NCBI GenBank assembly: GCA_035299765.1
Contig: DATGVZ010000095.1
Coordinates: 22,066 to 86,065 of the forward strand
Reading direction: 5' to 3'
DNA length: 64,000 nt
Source: Gemmatimonadales bacterium
GTDB lineage: Bacteria; Gemmatimonadota; Gemmatimonadetes; Gemmatimonadales; GWC2-71-9
The position numbers and the translations under genes are program-made. The notes beneath the pieces are model-generated. The model saw only the letters and a list, made by a program, of their open reading frames with translations, was not told where the DNA came from and did not search any database. The first letter of the stretch is position 1. Each line of letters begins with the position of its first letter. Shown here in pieces: positions 31,843-41,337 of the stretch.

Positions 31843-33149
31843 CGATGGCAGTTGAACATCTGGTAGGTGCGTACCATGCGTGGGCTTCGAACGGAGCGTC
31901 GCACGCGCCCGCGTGGTTGCAGACCCTCCGCGATAGTGGAATCTCGCGCTTCAGCGAGCTCGGCTTCCCGAACATGAAGCAAGAGGCGTGGCGTTTCACC
32001 AGCGTCGCGCCGCTTGCCGAGTCTTCCTTCGAGCTGGCAAAGCCGGCGTCCGCTCTTCCGTCGCTCGACGCGATCGCGCCATTCCTACTCGATGACGAAA
32101 CGTCGCATCGTCTCGTTTTCGTCAACGGCTTCTTCGCGCCGTCTCTGTCGCTGGTGTCCTCTGACGGCGTCCGCGTGGAGAGTCTGTCGCAGGCACTCCT
32201 CGATCGGCCCGCGATTGTTCAAGCACACCTCTGCAAGTACGCCCTCTCTCAGGATCGTCCGTTCTGCGCATTGAACACCGCGTTCGTGCGGGAAGGCGCG
32301 TTCGTGCACGTTCCCGCGAAAGCCGTGGTCCAGAAGCCAATTCAACTGTTGTTCCTCGCTGTCCCGGGGAAAACTCAGCAGATCGTCATGCATCCGCGGA
32401 ACCTCGTGCTTATCGAACGCGAGGCTCGCGCGTCCGTCGTGGAGACGTACGCGGCTCTCGAGTCTGATGTCTACTGGACGAACTCGGTTACCGAGGTTGT
32501 CGTCGGCGATGGAGCCAGGATCGACTATCATCGCGTGCAGCGCGAGAGTGCTCGCGCGTATCACGTCGCCGCGACGCAGACCCATCAGGGCCGGGACAGC
32601 ACCATTCATCTCCATACCGTCGCATTCGGGGGCGCCTTGTCGCGGCACGACATCGGGACCGTCCTGGCGGGACCGGGCGGGACGCTGATTCTCAACGGGC
32701 TGTATCTGCTCGCCGGCCGGCAGCACGCGGACCATCACACGACGATCGACCATGCCGCCGACCATTGTGAGAGTCACGAGTACTTCAATGGCGTGCTCGA
32801 CGGTCATTCGCGCGGCGTGTTCACGGGGCGCATCATCGTCCGGCCGGGCGCGCAGAAGACCGATTCCAAGCAGACGAACAACAACCTGTTGTTGTCGAGC
32901 GACGCGCATGCGGATAGCCAGCCGCAGCTCGAGATCTACGCGGACGACGTGAAGTGTACCCACGGGTCGACCGTCGGGCCGCTCGATCCGCGCGCGCTCT
33001 TCTATATGCGCAGCCGCGGAATCAAGGAAGACCAGGCCCGTCGTCTGCTGACCTACGGATTCGCCGCCGAAATTCTTGGCCGCATGGAAGTCGCGCCGCT
33101 CCGGGCGCAGCTCGATGGGATCGTGCGAGATCGGCTGGCGGCGGTATGA
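31839..33149 (+). CDS. sufD: Fe-S cluster assembly protein SufD
   Basis: SufBD-family C-terminal beta-helix region (DSQPQLEIYADDVKCTHGSTVG). Overlaps the sufC stop. Confidence 0.9.
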   Translation: MTMAVEHLVGAYHAWASNGASHAPAWLQTLRDSGISRFSELGFPNMKQEAWRFTSVAPLAESSFELAKPASALPSLDAIAPFLLDDETSHRLVFVNGFFAPSLSLVSSDGVRVESLSQALLDRPAIVQAHLCKYALSQDRPFCALNTAFVREGAFVHVPAKAVVQKPIQLLFLAVPGKTQQIVMHPRNLVLIEREARASVVETYAALESDVYWTNSVTEVVVGDGARIDYHRVQRESARAYHVAATQTHQGRDSTIHLHTVAFGGALSRHDIGTVLAGPGGTLILNGLYLLAGRQHADHHTTIDHAADHCESHEYFNGVLDGHSRGVFTGRIIVRPGAQKTDSKQTNNNLLLSSDAHADSQPQLEIYADDVKCTHGSTVGPLDPRALFYMRSRGIKEDQARRLLTYGFAAEILGRMEVAPLRAQLDGIVRDRLAAV

Positions 33150-33592
33150 CGGACCTGGGCGAGCTGTATCAGCAGGTCATTCTCGATCACAACCGCAACC
33201 CGCGCAACTTTCGAACGGTCCCGGGGGCGAACCGCCACGCCGAGGGCTACAATCCGCTGTGCGGCGATCGCATCAGTCTGGATGTGCGTGTCGAGGACGG
33301 TGTCATCCAGGACCTCGGATTTCAGGGATCGGGATGCGCGATCAGTAAGGCGGCCGCCTCACTGATGACCGGCGCGGTTCACGGCAAGACGACCGCGGAA
33401 GCGAACGAGCTGTTTCGCGCGTTTCATGAGATGCTCACCGGTGGCCCGAAGGCGCCGGGAAAGTTGGCGGCCTTCGCCGGTGTGAGAGCGTTTCCCGCAC
33501 GGGTGAAATGCGCCAATCTGTCGTGGCACGCGCTGCGTGCTGCGCTCGAGAAGAGCGGCGAGCCCGTGACCACAGAGTCGCCGAGCGACTGA
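33146..33592 (+). CDS. sufU: SUF-system NifU/IscU-like scaffold or sulfur-transfer protein SufU
   Basis: ORF 32954..33592 trimmed to MTDLGELYQQVILDHNRNPRN. Contains NPLCGD, GSGCAISKAAASLM and RVKCANLSW. ATGA overlap with sufD. Confidence 0.9.
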   Translation: MTDLGELYQQVILDHNRNPRNFRTVPGANRHAEGYNPLCGDRISLDVRVEDGVIQDLGFQGSGCAISKAAASLMTGAVHGKTTAEANELFRAFHEMLTGGPKAPGKLAAFAGVRAFPARVKCANLSWHALRAALEKSGEPVTTESPSD

Positions 33593-34818
33593 TGCTCGAC
33601 ACCGTGGTCGTGCGCGCCGACTTCCCGATTCTCGCGCGAGAAGAGAACGGCAAACGCCTGGTCTACTTGGACAACGCCGCGACGAGCCAGAAGCCGCGCA
33701 AGGTGCTCGACGCGATTCAGCACTACTACAACTTCCACAATGCGAACGTGCATCGCGGCGCTTACACGCTGGCCGTTGAGGCCACCGAAGCGTACGAAGC
33801 CGGGCGCACCGCCGTCGCCGGCTTCGTGAACGCATGGGCCCGTGAAGGCGTGGTTTTCACACGCGGCACCACGGAGTCGATCAATCTGGTGGCCTCCTCG
33901 TGGGGCCGGACCAACGTGCAACGTGGCGACCGGGTCGTGGTCACCGCCATGGACCATCACTCGAACATCGTGCCGTGGCAGATCCTGTGTCAGGAAAAGG
34001 GCGCCACGCTGCGGATGGTCGAGATCACGGAAGATGGGCGCATCGATGTGTCGGACTTCGGTCGGGCGCTCGAGTCCAAACCCAAGATCGTGGCGTTCCC
34101 CTATGTCTCGAATTCGCTCGGGACGGTGAATCCGGTCGCGCAGCTCACCAGGTTGGCGCACGCCGCGGGCGCGGTCGCGGTCGTCGACGGAGCCCAGGCG
34201 GCCCCGCATCTCCGCGTCGACGTGCAGGCGATGGACTGCGACTTCTTCGCGTTCTCCGGCCACAAGATGCTCGCGCCGATGGGCAGCGGCGCCTTGATCG
34301 CGAAACCGGCGCTGCTCGAGGCGATGCCGCCCTACCATGGCGGTGGCGAAATGATCGAGCGGGTCTGGGACGACCACGCGAGCTGGAACAAGATCCCCCA
34401 CAAGTTCGAGGGTGGGACGCCGAACGTCGAAGCGGCGGTCGGCCTGGGTGCCGCGATCGCTTATCTGGAGCAGCTGGGGATGGACCGTGTTGCCGAGCAC
34501 GAGTCAGCGCTTGCCCGGATCGCCATCGAGCGGCTCACGCAGATCGAGGGCGTGACCATCTACGGACCACGCGACCATCGCGCCGGCGTCGTTCCATTCA
34601 CCTACGGCGACATTCATCCACACGATTTGGCGACGATTCTCGATCGCGACGGCGTCTGTATTCGTGCGGGTCATCATTGTACACAGCCGCTGATGCGCAG
34701 ATTGGGTGTCGCGGCGACTGCGCGGGCGTCCTTTTACATCTATAACGACGTGGACGACATCGACGCGCTCGTCGCGGCGTTACGGAAAGCCGGCGAGCTT
34801 TTCGGCGTACCGGCTTAA
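33592..34818 (+). CDS. sufS: cysteine desulfurase SufS
   Basis: ORF 33508..34818 trimmed to MLDTVVVRADFPIL. Contains FSGHKMLAPMG (PLP Lys) and IRAGHHCTQP (active-site Cys loop). Confidence 0.9.
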   Translation: MLDTVVVRADFPILAREENGKRLVYLDNAATSQKPRKVLDAIQHYYNFHNANVHRGAYTLAVEATEAYEAGRTAVAGFVNAWAREGVVFTRGTTESINLVASSWGRTNVQRGDRVVVTAMDHHSNIVPWQILCQEKGATLRMVEITEDGRIDVSDFGRALESKPKIVAFPYVSNSLGTVNPVAQLTRLAHAAGAVAVVDGAQAAPHLRVDVQAMDCDFFAFSGHKMLAPMGSGALIAKPALLEAMPPYHGGGEMIERVWDDHASWNKIPHKFEGGTPNVEAAVGLGAAIAYLEQLGMDRVAEHESALARIAIERLTQIEGVTIYGPRDHRAGVVPFTYGDIHPHDLATILDRDGVCIRAGHHCTQPLMRRLGVAATARASFYIYNDVDDIDALVAALRKAGELFGVPA

Positions 34819-34849
34819 CCTTTTCCCTCTCCCCCTGTAGTTTCGGGAC

Positions 34850-35824
34850 ATGTCAGAACCCGTCGTCGTCGATCGCGTTACCAAGCGCTTCGCTGGTCAC
34901 ACCGCCGTCAACGCCCTCTCACTGAGCGTGCCGTCCGGCATCATCTACGGTCTGCTCGGACCGAATGGCGCCGGCAAGACAACCACGTTGCGCATGATCA
35001 TGGACATCTACGAACCCGATGAGGGCTCGGTGCGCCTGTTTGGTCAGGTGGGTGGTGGGCGCACGCACTCGGCGCGGATTGGATATCTGCCTGAGGAGCG
35101 CGGGCTCTATCCGCGCATGCGCGTCATCGACGTCCTGGTATTTCTGGCCGAGGCGAAGGGAGTGTCGCGCCGAGCGGCGCGCATCAAGGCGCTCGAGTGG
35201 TTGGAGCGCCTGGGGCTCAGCGATTGGCGTTTACGCAAAGTGTCCGATCTCTCCAAGGGCATGCAACAGAAGGTGCAGTTCATTTCGACGATGTTGCATG
35301 ACCCGGAGCTCGTGATTCTCGACGAGCCGTTCTCCGGTCTCGATCCCGTGAATTCGCAGGTGTTGCGCGATACCGTGGTCGATTACCGCCGGCGTGGCAA
35401 GACCGTGCTCTTCTCCACGCACATCATGGAGCACGCCGAACAGTTGTGCGATCGGCTGTGCATTATCGCGCGTGGCAAGAAGCTCATCGACGGCACACTG
35501 GCCGAAGTGAAACGCACGCATGGGGGCCAGCACCTGATCGTTGCGTTCGACGGCAGCCAGGGCGGAGCGCAACGGATTTTCGCAGACCGCCGGCTCGTGG
35601 CAAAGATTCAGGATTTCGGCCAGCAGGCCGAGCTTGAGCTGGCGAGCGGCGCCGACCCCCAGGAGATCCTGCGCGGACTGGTCGAGTCGGGCGCGCGTCT
35701 GGCGCGGTTTGAGCTGGCGAGCCCTTCCCTTCACAAGATTTTCGTCGACCTCGTGGGTCCGGAGGCGGCGACGGCAGCCGCCATTCCAGCCACGACCGCC
35801 CAAAGAGTTGGCGCCGGTGCATAA
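34850..35824 (+). CDS. ABC transporter ATP-binding protein (ABC-2 type)
   Basis: GPNGAGKTT, LSKGMQQK and LDEPFSGLD. Confidence 0.9.
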   Translation: MSEPVVVDRVTKRFAGHTAVNALSLSVPSGIIYGLLGPNGAGKTTTLRMIMDIYEPDEGSVRLFGQVGGGRTHSARIGYLPEERGLYPRMRVIDVLVFLAEAKGVSRRAARIKALEWLERLGLSDWRLRKVSDLSKGMQQKVQFISTMLHDPELVILDEPFSGLDPVNSQVLRDTVVDYRRRGKTVLFSTHIMEHAEQLCDRLCIIARGKKLIDGTLAEVKRTHGGQHLIVAFDGSQGGAQRIFADRRLVAKIQDFGQQAELELASGADPQEILRGLVESGARLARFELASPSLHKIFVDLVGPEAATAAAIPATTAQRVGAGA

Positions 35825-37073
35825 AGTCTGGGCCGTCATCCGGCGCGAATTCGTGGAGCGCGTGCGCACCAGGTGGTTTTGGATCTCGGCGATCCTGGGA
35901 CCGGTCCTGTTCGGTGGCGTCATCGTCTACCAGATCATGCAGTCCGTGGGCGGCGGAGTGCGGGATATCGCCGTCGTAGACAGCACGACCTCGGCGTTTG
36001 GGCAGCGGGTCACCGAGGCGTTGGCGGCGAGCCCAAACTTCCGGGTGACGCGTGTGCCTGCCGGTCCGCGTGTCGTCGATTCCCTGACTCGTCTCGTGGA
36101 ATCCAAGCAGTTGAACGGTTTCCTGATCATTTCGAATGATCTGACTGAGACCGGCAAGGCCGAATACCGAGCTTCGAACTTGTCACTTCAGACGGTTGAA
36201 GGGCTGGAGCGGGCACTCAACAAGGTGGCCGTGAAGGTGAGGCTCGAGACAAGAGGCGTAAATCCCGCCGTCGTTGATTGGGCGCAGGGAATCAGGATTA
36301 CGCTCGACCAGACGAAGATCGCGCGGGGGCGAACGACCAAGGAGAGTGCGGGGGAGTCGTTCGTCCTCGCGTATGTCATGGCCGTGCTGCTGTTCATGGC
36401 GATCCTGCTGTATGGTGTGAACGTCATGAGCTCGGTGCTGGAGGAGAAAACCACACGGATTGTCGAGGTGCTCGTATCGTCACTGCGGCCGTTTCAATTG
36501 ATGCTTGGGAAAGTCGCCGGGGCGGGCGCGGTGTCCTTCTTCCAGTTCCTCATCTGGGGCGTCTCCGCGCGACTGCTTATCAGCCTGCGCGTACCCATTG
36601 CCCGTGCCCTGGGCGCGGATGCTTCTGCGGCAGCAGGCATGAAGCTGCCGCATATCCCCTTTGCGACGCTCGCTGTGTTCATGGCGTTCTTCCTCGGCGG
36701 GTTCCTCCTCTACTCGGCGATGTTCGCGGCGGTCGGCGCGATGTCCAGCAATGAGCAGGAGGCGCGCCAGGCGCAGCAGCCCGTGACCTACTTGCTGATG
36801 ATCTCGTATTTCTCGATCATCGGACTCACGAACGATCCGAGCTCGACGTTCTCGCGAACGCTGTCGATTGTGCCCTTTACGTCACCGATCGCGACGCCAG
36901 TCCGCTGGACGGCGGGCAGTATGGGAGCCGGCGAATTGGGAGCATCGCTGGCGATGCTGCTGATTGGGATTGTGGCGATTACATGGATCGCCGCGAGGAT
37001 TTATCGAGTGGGGATACTGATGACGGGGAAACGGCCGACCATGAAGGAACTCGTTAGGTGGGTCAGGGCCTGA
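35817..37073 (+). CDS. ABC-2 family transporter permease
   Basis: In-frame GTG (35817) or TTG (35808) start within ORF 35541..37073. It has one N-terminal TM, a large loop and a C-terminal multi-TM bundle. Confidence 0.8.
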   Translation: MHKVWAVIRREFVERVRTRWFWISAILGPVLFGGVIVYQIMQSVGGGVRDIAVVDSTTSAFGQRVTEALAASPNFRVTRVPAGPRVVDSLTRLVESKQLNGFLIISNDLTETGKAEYRASNLSLQTVEGLERALNKVAVKVRLETRGVNPAVVDWAQGIRITLDQTKIARGRTTKESAGESFVLAYVMAVLLFMAILLYGVNVMSSVLEEKTTRIVEVLVSSLRPFQLMLGKVAGAGAVSFFQFLIWGVSARLLISLRVPIARALGADASAAAGMKLPHIPFATLAVFMAFFLGGFLLYSAMFAAVGAMSSNEQEARQAQQPVTYLLMISYFSIIGLTNDPSSTFSRTLSIVPFTSPIATPVRWTAGSMGAGELGASLAMLLIGIVAITWIAARIYRVGILMTGKRPTMKELVRWVRA

Positions 37074-37082
37074 CAACCCCGG

Positions 37083-37130
37083 AGGACATGCAAAGGCTAG
37101 GCTACAGACGCACCGCGGGCTTGAGTAAAC
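37083..37130. repeat. left arm of a long imperfect inverted repeat flanking the four-helix-bundle gene
   Basis: ggacatgcaaaggctaggctacagacgcaccgcgg..taaac pairs with the reverse complement of 37571-37612. Confidence 0.7.
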
Positions 37131-37190
37131 GGGATACGGGATGAGATAAAATGATTCGATGATTCTGCGGTCGCTGCTTATCCTCCTGAC

Positions 37191-37568
37191 GTGCCGAATC
37201 ATCACACATTAAAGGCGTGGCAACATGCCGAGAGGCTTGCCGTCGAATGCTCGAAGGCGGCCCAGCGGTTTCCTGACTTCGAGCAAGAGCGACTGGCCGA
37301 TCAGCTTCGCAGGGCCTCCTATAGCGTCCCGCTGAACATCGCCGAAGGTTCGACACGCAAAGGCACCAGAGACTATCGAAAGTTTCTCGACACCGCGTGG
37401 GGATCACTCGCCGAAGTACAGACGGCGCTCACCATGGCGCGCGACATCGGCTACCTGCGGCCAGCCGAGTATGGACGGCTTGAAGCGCTGGCAACCGAGA
37501 CAAGCAAGACGCTGTTTGGGTTGCTTCGGAAGATTAGCCAGACGGCAGATCGTCCCAAAACCCGTTGA
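37191..37568 (+). CDS. four-helix-bundle protein (23S rRNA intervening-sequence protein family)
   Basis: LKAWQHAERLAVE..FPDFEQERLADQLRRASYSVPLNIAEGSTRKGTRDYRKFLDTAWGSLAEVQT matches the family signature (..QlrRAa.Sv..NIAEG..r....f..fl..A.GSl.E..t). Confidence 0.9.
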   Translation: MPNHHTLKAWQHAERLAVECSKAAQRFPDFEQERLADQLRRASYSVPLNIAEGSTRKGTRDYRKFLDTAWGSLAEVQTALTMARDIGYLRPAEYGRLEALATETSKTLFGLLRKISQTADRPKTR

Positions 37569-37570
37569 CT

Positions 37571-37612
37571 GTTTACCGCGGTTGCGTCTGTACGTCTAGC
37601 CTTTGCAGGTCC
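37571..37612. repeat. right arm of the inverted repeat
   Basis: The reverse complement reads ggacctgcaaaggctagacgtacagacgcaaccgcggtaaac. Confidence 0.7.
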
Positions 37613-37633
37613 TAGCTAAGTAGTTTCTCCCGC

Positions 37634-39508
37634 ATGTCTTTCGACTGTGACGTTATCGTCGTTGGTGGTGGCCACGCCGGAACGGAGGCTGCTGCCATCT
37701 CCGCGCGGCTCTCCGCCCGCACGTTGCTGCTTACCTCCAACCTCGAAACGATTGGCCAGATGTCCTGCAATCCCGCTATCGGCGGGATCGCGAAGGGTAC
37801 CGTGGTCCGCGAAGTCGACGCCCTTGGCGGCCTGATGGGCCGCGCCGCCGATCGCGCCACGATCCAATTCCGCATGCTGAATCGCTCGAAGGGCCCCGCT
37901 GTGTGGGCTCCGCGCGCTCAGTGCGATCGCACGCTCTATCGCCGCGCCGTCCGCCACCTGCTCGAGCAATTCCCTCTTCTCGAGCTCACGCAAGGCATGG
38001 TCACAAATCTGCTCTTCGACGACCGCGGCACGCGGATCACCGGAGTCGAGACGAGCGACGGCCGTCGCTTCAGCGCTCGCGCTGTCATCATCACCGCCGG
38101 GACGTTCCTCCGTGGCCGCATTCACCTCGGCACTGATACGCAGATTCCTGCTGGGCGCGCCGGTGATCCGCCCTCGGTCCAGATGGCGCAAGTCATTGAG
38201 AACATTGGGCTTACAGTCGCGCGCTTCAAGACCGGAACGCCGCCGCGAGTGGATGGCCGATCGGTCGATTGGGACAAAGTCGAGCGCCAGGATGGAGACG
38301 GCGACGAATTTCGTTTCTCATTCCACGAGCGCGTTGAGCGGCCCCGTCAACTTCCATGCTGGATTACGTGGGCCGGCGCAGAGGTAAAGGAAATCATCCA
38401 GCAGCACCTGAAGGAGTCGGCACTCTACGGCGGCGCGATCAGCGGACGGGGCCCGCGCTATTGCCCGTCCGTCGAGGACAAGATCGTGAAGTTCCCGGCC
38501 GCTCCCCGGCATCAGATTTTTCTCGAGCCGGAGGGTCTCGACACGACCGAGCTGTACGTCAATGGGCTCTCCACTTCCCTGCCGGTCGCGGTCCAGCTCG
38601 AGTTTCTGCACGCGGTCCCCGGTCTCGAGCACGCGAAGATGACTCGACCCGGGTATGCGATCGAATACGACTACTATCCGCCGACGCAGCTCACGCCGTG
38701 GCTCGAGGTAAAGGCCGTCGAGCATCTGTTCTTTGCGGGGCAGATAAACGGCACGACCGGCTACGAAGAGGCTGCCGGCCAGGGTGTCGTCGCCGGCATC
38801 AATGCGGTGCGCCGGATCCGGGGGGCCGAGCCGGTGGTGCTCGGTCGCGACGACGCGTACATCGGGGTTCTCGTCGACGATCTCGTGACCCGTGGAGTCG
38901 ATGAGCCCTACCGCTTGTTCACGTCGCGCTCCGAGTTTCGGCTGCTGCTGCGCCAGGACAACGCCCTGCGTCGGCTGCTCCCGCTCGCAGAGCGACTCGG
39001 CCTGTTGAGCGACGTCGAGCTGCGGGCGGCAGAGCGGCGTCTGGAGACTGAAGTCTCGATTATGGAATTGGCTCGAGAGAGATCGATTACGCCCGAGCAG
39101 GCCTCGGAGGCGCTGGCCGCAACCGGAGCGACGTTGAAGGAACCGGAGCGGATCGCTACCGTGGCGAAGCGTCCCGGTGTGGCACTCGGTGCATTGCTCG
39201 CCGCCGTCGGAGCGGCCGGCGCTGTGCCTCCAGAGGCCGTGCTCGCCGCGGAGATCGAGATCAAGTACGACGGCTATCTCGCGCGTGAGCGCGATGCCGC
39301 GCAGCGACTGGCGGAGTTGGCATCGTTCGCGCTCCCAACTGACCTGCCCTACCTCGAACTGCGGACGCTAGCGACGGAGGCACGCCAGAAGCTCGATCGC
39401 GTGCGACCCACCTCGCTGGCGCAGGCCGCCCGGGTGCCTGGCGTGACACCGAGCGACCTTCACAACCTGGTTCTTGAGACGACGCGCTGGCGCCGACGGG
39501 TGGCGTAA
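37634..39508 (+). CDS. mnmG: tRNA uridine 5-carboxymethylaminomethyl modification enzyme MnmG (GidA)
   Basis: FDCDVIVVGGGHAGTEAA, GQMSCNPAIGG and full-length GidA similarity. Confidence 0.95.
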   Translation: MSFDCDVIVVGGGHAGTEAAAISARLSARTLLLTSNLETIGQMSCNPAIGGIAKGTVVREVDALGGLMGRAADRATIQFRMLNRSKGPAVWAPRAQCDRTLYRRAVRHLLEQFPLLELTQGMVTNLLFDDRGTRITGVETSDGRRFSARAVIITAGTFLRGRIHLGTDTQIPAGRAGDPPSVQMAQVIENIGLTVARFKTGTPPRVDGRSVDWDKVERQDGDGDEFRFSFHERVERPRQLPCWITWAGAEVKEIIQQHLKESALYGGAISGRGPRYCPSVEDKIVKFPAAPRHQIFLEPEGLDTTELYVNGLSTSLPVAVQLEFLHAVPGLEHAKMTRPGYAIEYDYYPPTQLTPWLEVKAVEHLFFAGQINGTTGYEEAAGQGVVAGINAVRRIRGAEPVVLGRDDAYIGVLVDDLVTRGVDEPYRLFTSRSEFRLLLRQDNALRRLLPLAERLGLLSDVELRAAERRLETEVSIMELARERSITPEQASEALAATGATLKEPERIATVAKRPGVALGALLAAVGAAGAVPPEAVLAAEIEIKYDGYLARERDAAQRLAELASFALPTDLPYLELRTLATEARQKLDRVRPTSLAQAARVPGVTPSDLHNLVLETTRWRRRVA

Positions 39509-39522
39509 ACCTGGAATGTTGC

Positions 39523-39538
39523 TGTTTCACGTGAAACT
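39523..39538. promoter_or_regulatory. parS site 1
   Basis: tgtttcacgtgaaact against the consensus TGTTNCACGTGAAACA. Confidence 0.85.
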
Positions 39539-39548
39539 TAGGCTCTTT

Positions 39549-39564
39549 CGTTTCACGTGAAACG
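39549..39564. promoter_or_regulatory. parS site 2
   Basis: cgtttcacgtgaaacg, a perfect palindrome sharing the 14-nt core gtttcacgtgaaac with site 1. Confidence 0.85.
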
Positions 39565-39590
39565 AGCGTATATTGGACCTCGCGAACTTC

Positions 39591-39619
39591 TTGAGTTATA
39601 TAAACACTTGTAATACAAT
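39591..39619 (+). promoter_or_regulatory. candidate parA promoter
   Basis: TTGAGT, 17 nt spacer, then TACAAT. The -10 element ends 9 nt before the parA ATG and no Shine-Dalgarno sequence is visible. Confidence 0.35.
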
Positions 39620-39628
39620 AACATAGAC

Positions 39629-40456
39629 ATGTCTCGTGTAATCGCCATCGCGAACCAAAAAGGCGGCGTCGGCAAAACGACGACCGCTGTGAACCTCGCG
39701 GCCTCCCTCGCGACCGCCGAGCGGAAAACGCTGCTCGTCGATGCGGATCCGCAAGGCAACTCCACGAGCGGCGTCGGCATCGAGCGCGATCGCATTCGTC
39801 ACTCGCTGTACGAGTCGCTCATCGATGGCGCCGCGCTCGCGCAATCGCGATTCCCTCACGTCCACTTTCCCTATCTCGACGTCATCCCCGCGACGCAGGA
39901 CCTCGTCGGCGCCGAGCTGGAGCTGGTCAATCAGCGATCGCGGGAGACGCGCATGCGCGAGGCGCTGCGCGACGTGCGCGAAGACTACGGCTACGTCATC
40001 ATCGACTGCCCACCGTCGCTCGGGCTGCTCACGCTCAACATGCTGACGGCAGCAGACAGCGTCATCATCCCGATCCAGTGCGAGTACTACGCGCTCGAAG
40101 GGCTCTCTCAGCTGCTCAATACCGTGAAGCTGGTGCAGCGGAATTTCAATCCGGCGCTCGCGATCGAGGGTGTGCTGCTGACGATGTACGATGCGCGACT
40201 GAACCTCTCGAAGCAGGTCGCCGAAGAAGCGATGGAATACTTCGGGGGCCGCATGTTCAGCGTCACAATCCCGAGAAACGTACGGCTGGCCGAAGCGCCG
40301 AGCTTCGGGAAGCCGATCGTGCTGTATGACGTGCAATCGGTGGGGGCGAAGAGCTATCTGGCCGTCGCGCAAGAGCTGATTCGCCGCGTCGAGCAGAGCG
40401 CGCCACCCTCGCCCAGCCTCCCCGCAATTGAACCGCTGCCGGAGGTGCCCGCATGA
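39629..40456 (+). CDS. parA: chromosome partitioning ATPase ParA (Soj)
   Basis: Deviant Walker A: [20 protein letters not shown]. Confidence 0.95.
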   Translation: MSRVIAIANQKGGVGKTTTAVNLAASLATAERKTLLVDADPQGNSTSGVGIERDRIRHSLYESLIDGAALAQSRFPHVHFPYLDVIPATQDLVGAELELVNQRSRETRMREALRDVREDYGYVIIDCPPSLGLLTLNMLTAADSVIIPIQCEYYALEGLSQLLNTVKLVQRNFNPALAIEGVLLTMYDARLNLSKQVAEEAMEYFGGRMFSVTIPRNVRLAEAPSFGKPIVLYDVQSVGAKSYLAVAQELIRRVEQSAPPSPSLPAIEPLPEVPA

Positions 40457-41337
40457 CGGAAACCGCCGCAGGAAGACGCCGCCTGGGCCGGGGGCTCGAG
40501 GCTCTCTTAGGGCCGACGCGCGAGGAAGCGGAGCGCGAAGGGAGCCTCGTCGAGCTTCCCATTCAGGACATCAAGCCAAATCCCTTCCAACCGCGAAGAA
40601 CAGTTGATCCGGCGGCGCTCGAAGAACTGGTGTCGTCGATCAAACAAGCCGGCCTCCTCCAGCCGGTCGTCGTGCGCCGTACGAACGGGGGATATGAGCT
40701 GATCGCCGGCGAGCGCCGGCTACGGGCGTGCCAACAGCTCGGCTGGGAGCGGATCCCAGCGGTGCAGCGTGACGCCGATGACAGGACGCTGCTGACCCTC
40801 GCGCTGATCGAGAACCTGCAACGCGACGACCTCTCGCCCGTTGATGAAGCGCGCGGCTACGAGCGGCTGATCGCGGAATTCAAGCTGGCGCAGCAGGATG
40901 TCGCCGACGCCGTGGGCCGCGACCGCTCGACCGTCGCGAATGCGTTGCGACTCCTCAAGCTTCCCGAAGTCGTGCTGCAGATGCTGCACGAAGGACACCT
41001 CTCCGTTGGTCACGCGCGCGCGTTACTCGCCCTCGAGGATCCCAGAATCGTGACGAACCTGGCGCGTGAGGCCGTGGCGCAGGGACTCTCGGTCCGCGAG
41101 GTCGAAGACCGTGTGCGGGGCGGGCGCGCACCCGAGCGGCGGCCACGGATGAAGCGCGGCATGGGAGCGGCCCCTGAAGTGCGTCGCGTCGAAGACGCGT
41201 TGCGGCGCCGTCTCGGCACCGACGCGCGCGTCACCTTACGGGCGAAAGGCAAAGGACAAATTCATCTGTCCTTCTACTCGAACGACGATCTCGCCCGGCT
41301 TCTCGAACTGATCCTCGGCGCGCCGTTCGACGGATGA
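40453..41337 (+). CDS. parB: chromosome partitioning protein ParB (Spo0J)
   Basis: ParB box GERRLRAC and HTH region [24 protein letters not shown]. Confidence 0.95.
   Translation: MTETAAGRRRLGRGLEALLGPTREEAEREGSLVELPIQDIKPNPFQPRRTVDPAALEELVSSIKQAGLLQPVVVRRTNGGYELIAGERRLRACQQLGWERIPAVQRDADDRTLLTLALIENLQRDDLSPVDEARGYERLIAEFKLAQQDVADAVGRDRSTVANALRLLKLPEVVLQMLHEGHLSVGHARALLALEDPRIVTNLAREAVAQGLSVREVEDRVRGGRAPERRPRMKRGMGAAPEVRRVEDALRRRLGTDARVTLRAKGKGQIHLSFYSNDDLARLLELILGAPFDG

Noticed and set aside
33424-34500. 358-aa minus-strand ORF
   Set aside because: It is antisense to sufU/sufS, which are strongly recognisable.
37191-37568. Four-helix-bundle gene as the Avd accessory gene of a diversity-generating retroelement
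   Set aside because: The family includes DGR Avd proteins. However, no reverse transcriptase gene and no template/variable repeat pair are nearby. The neighbours are an ABC permease and mnmG.
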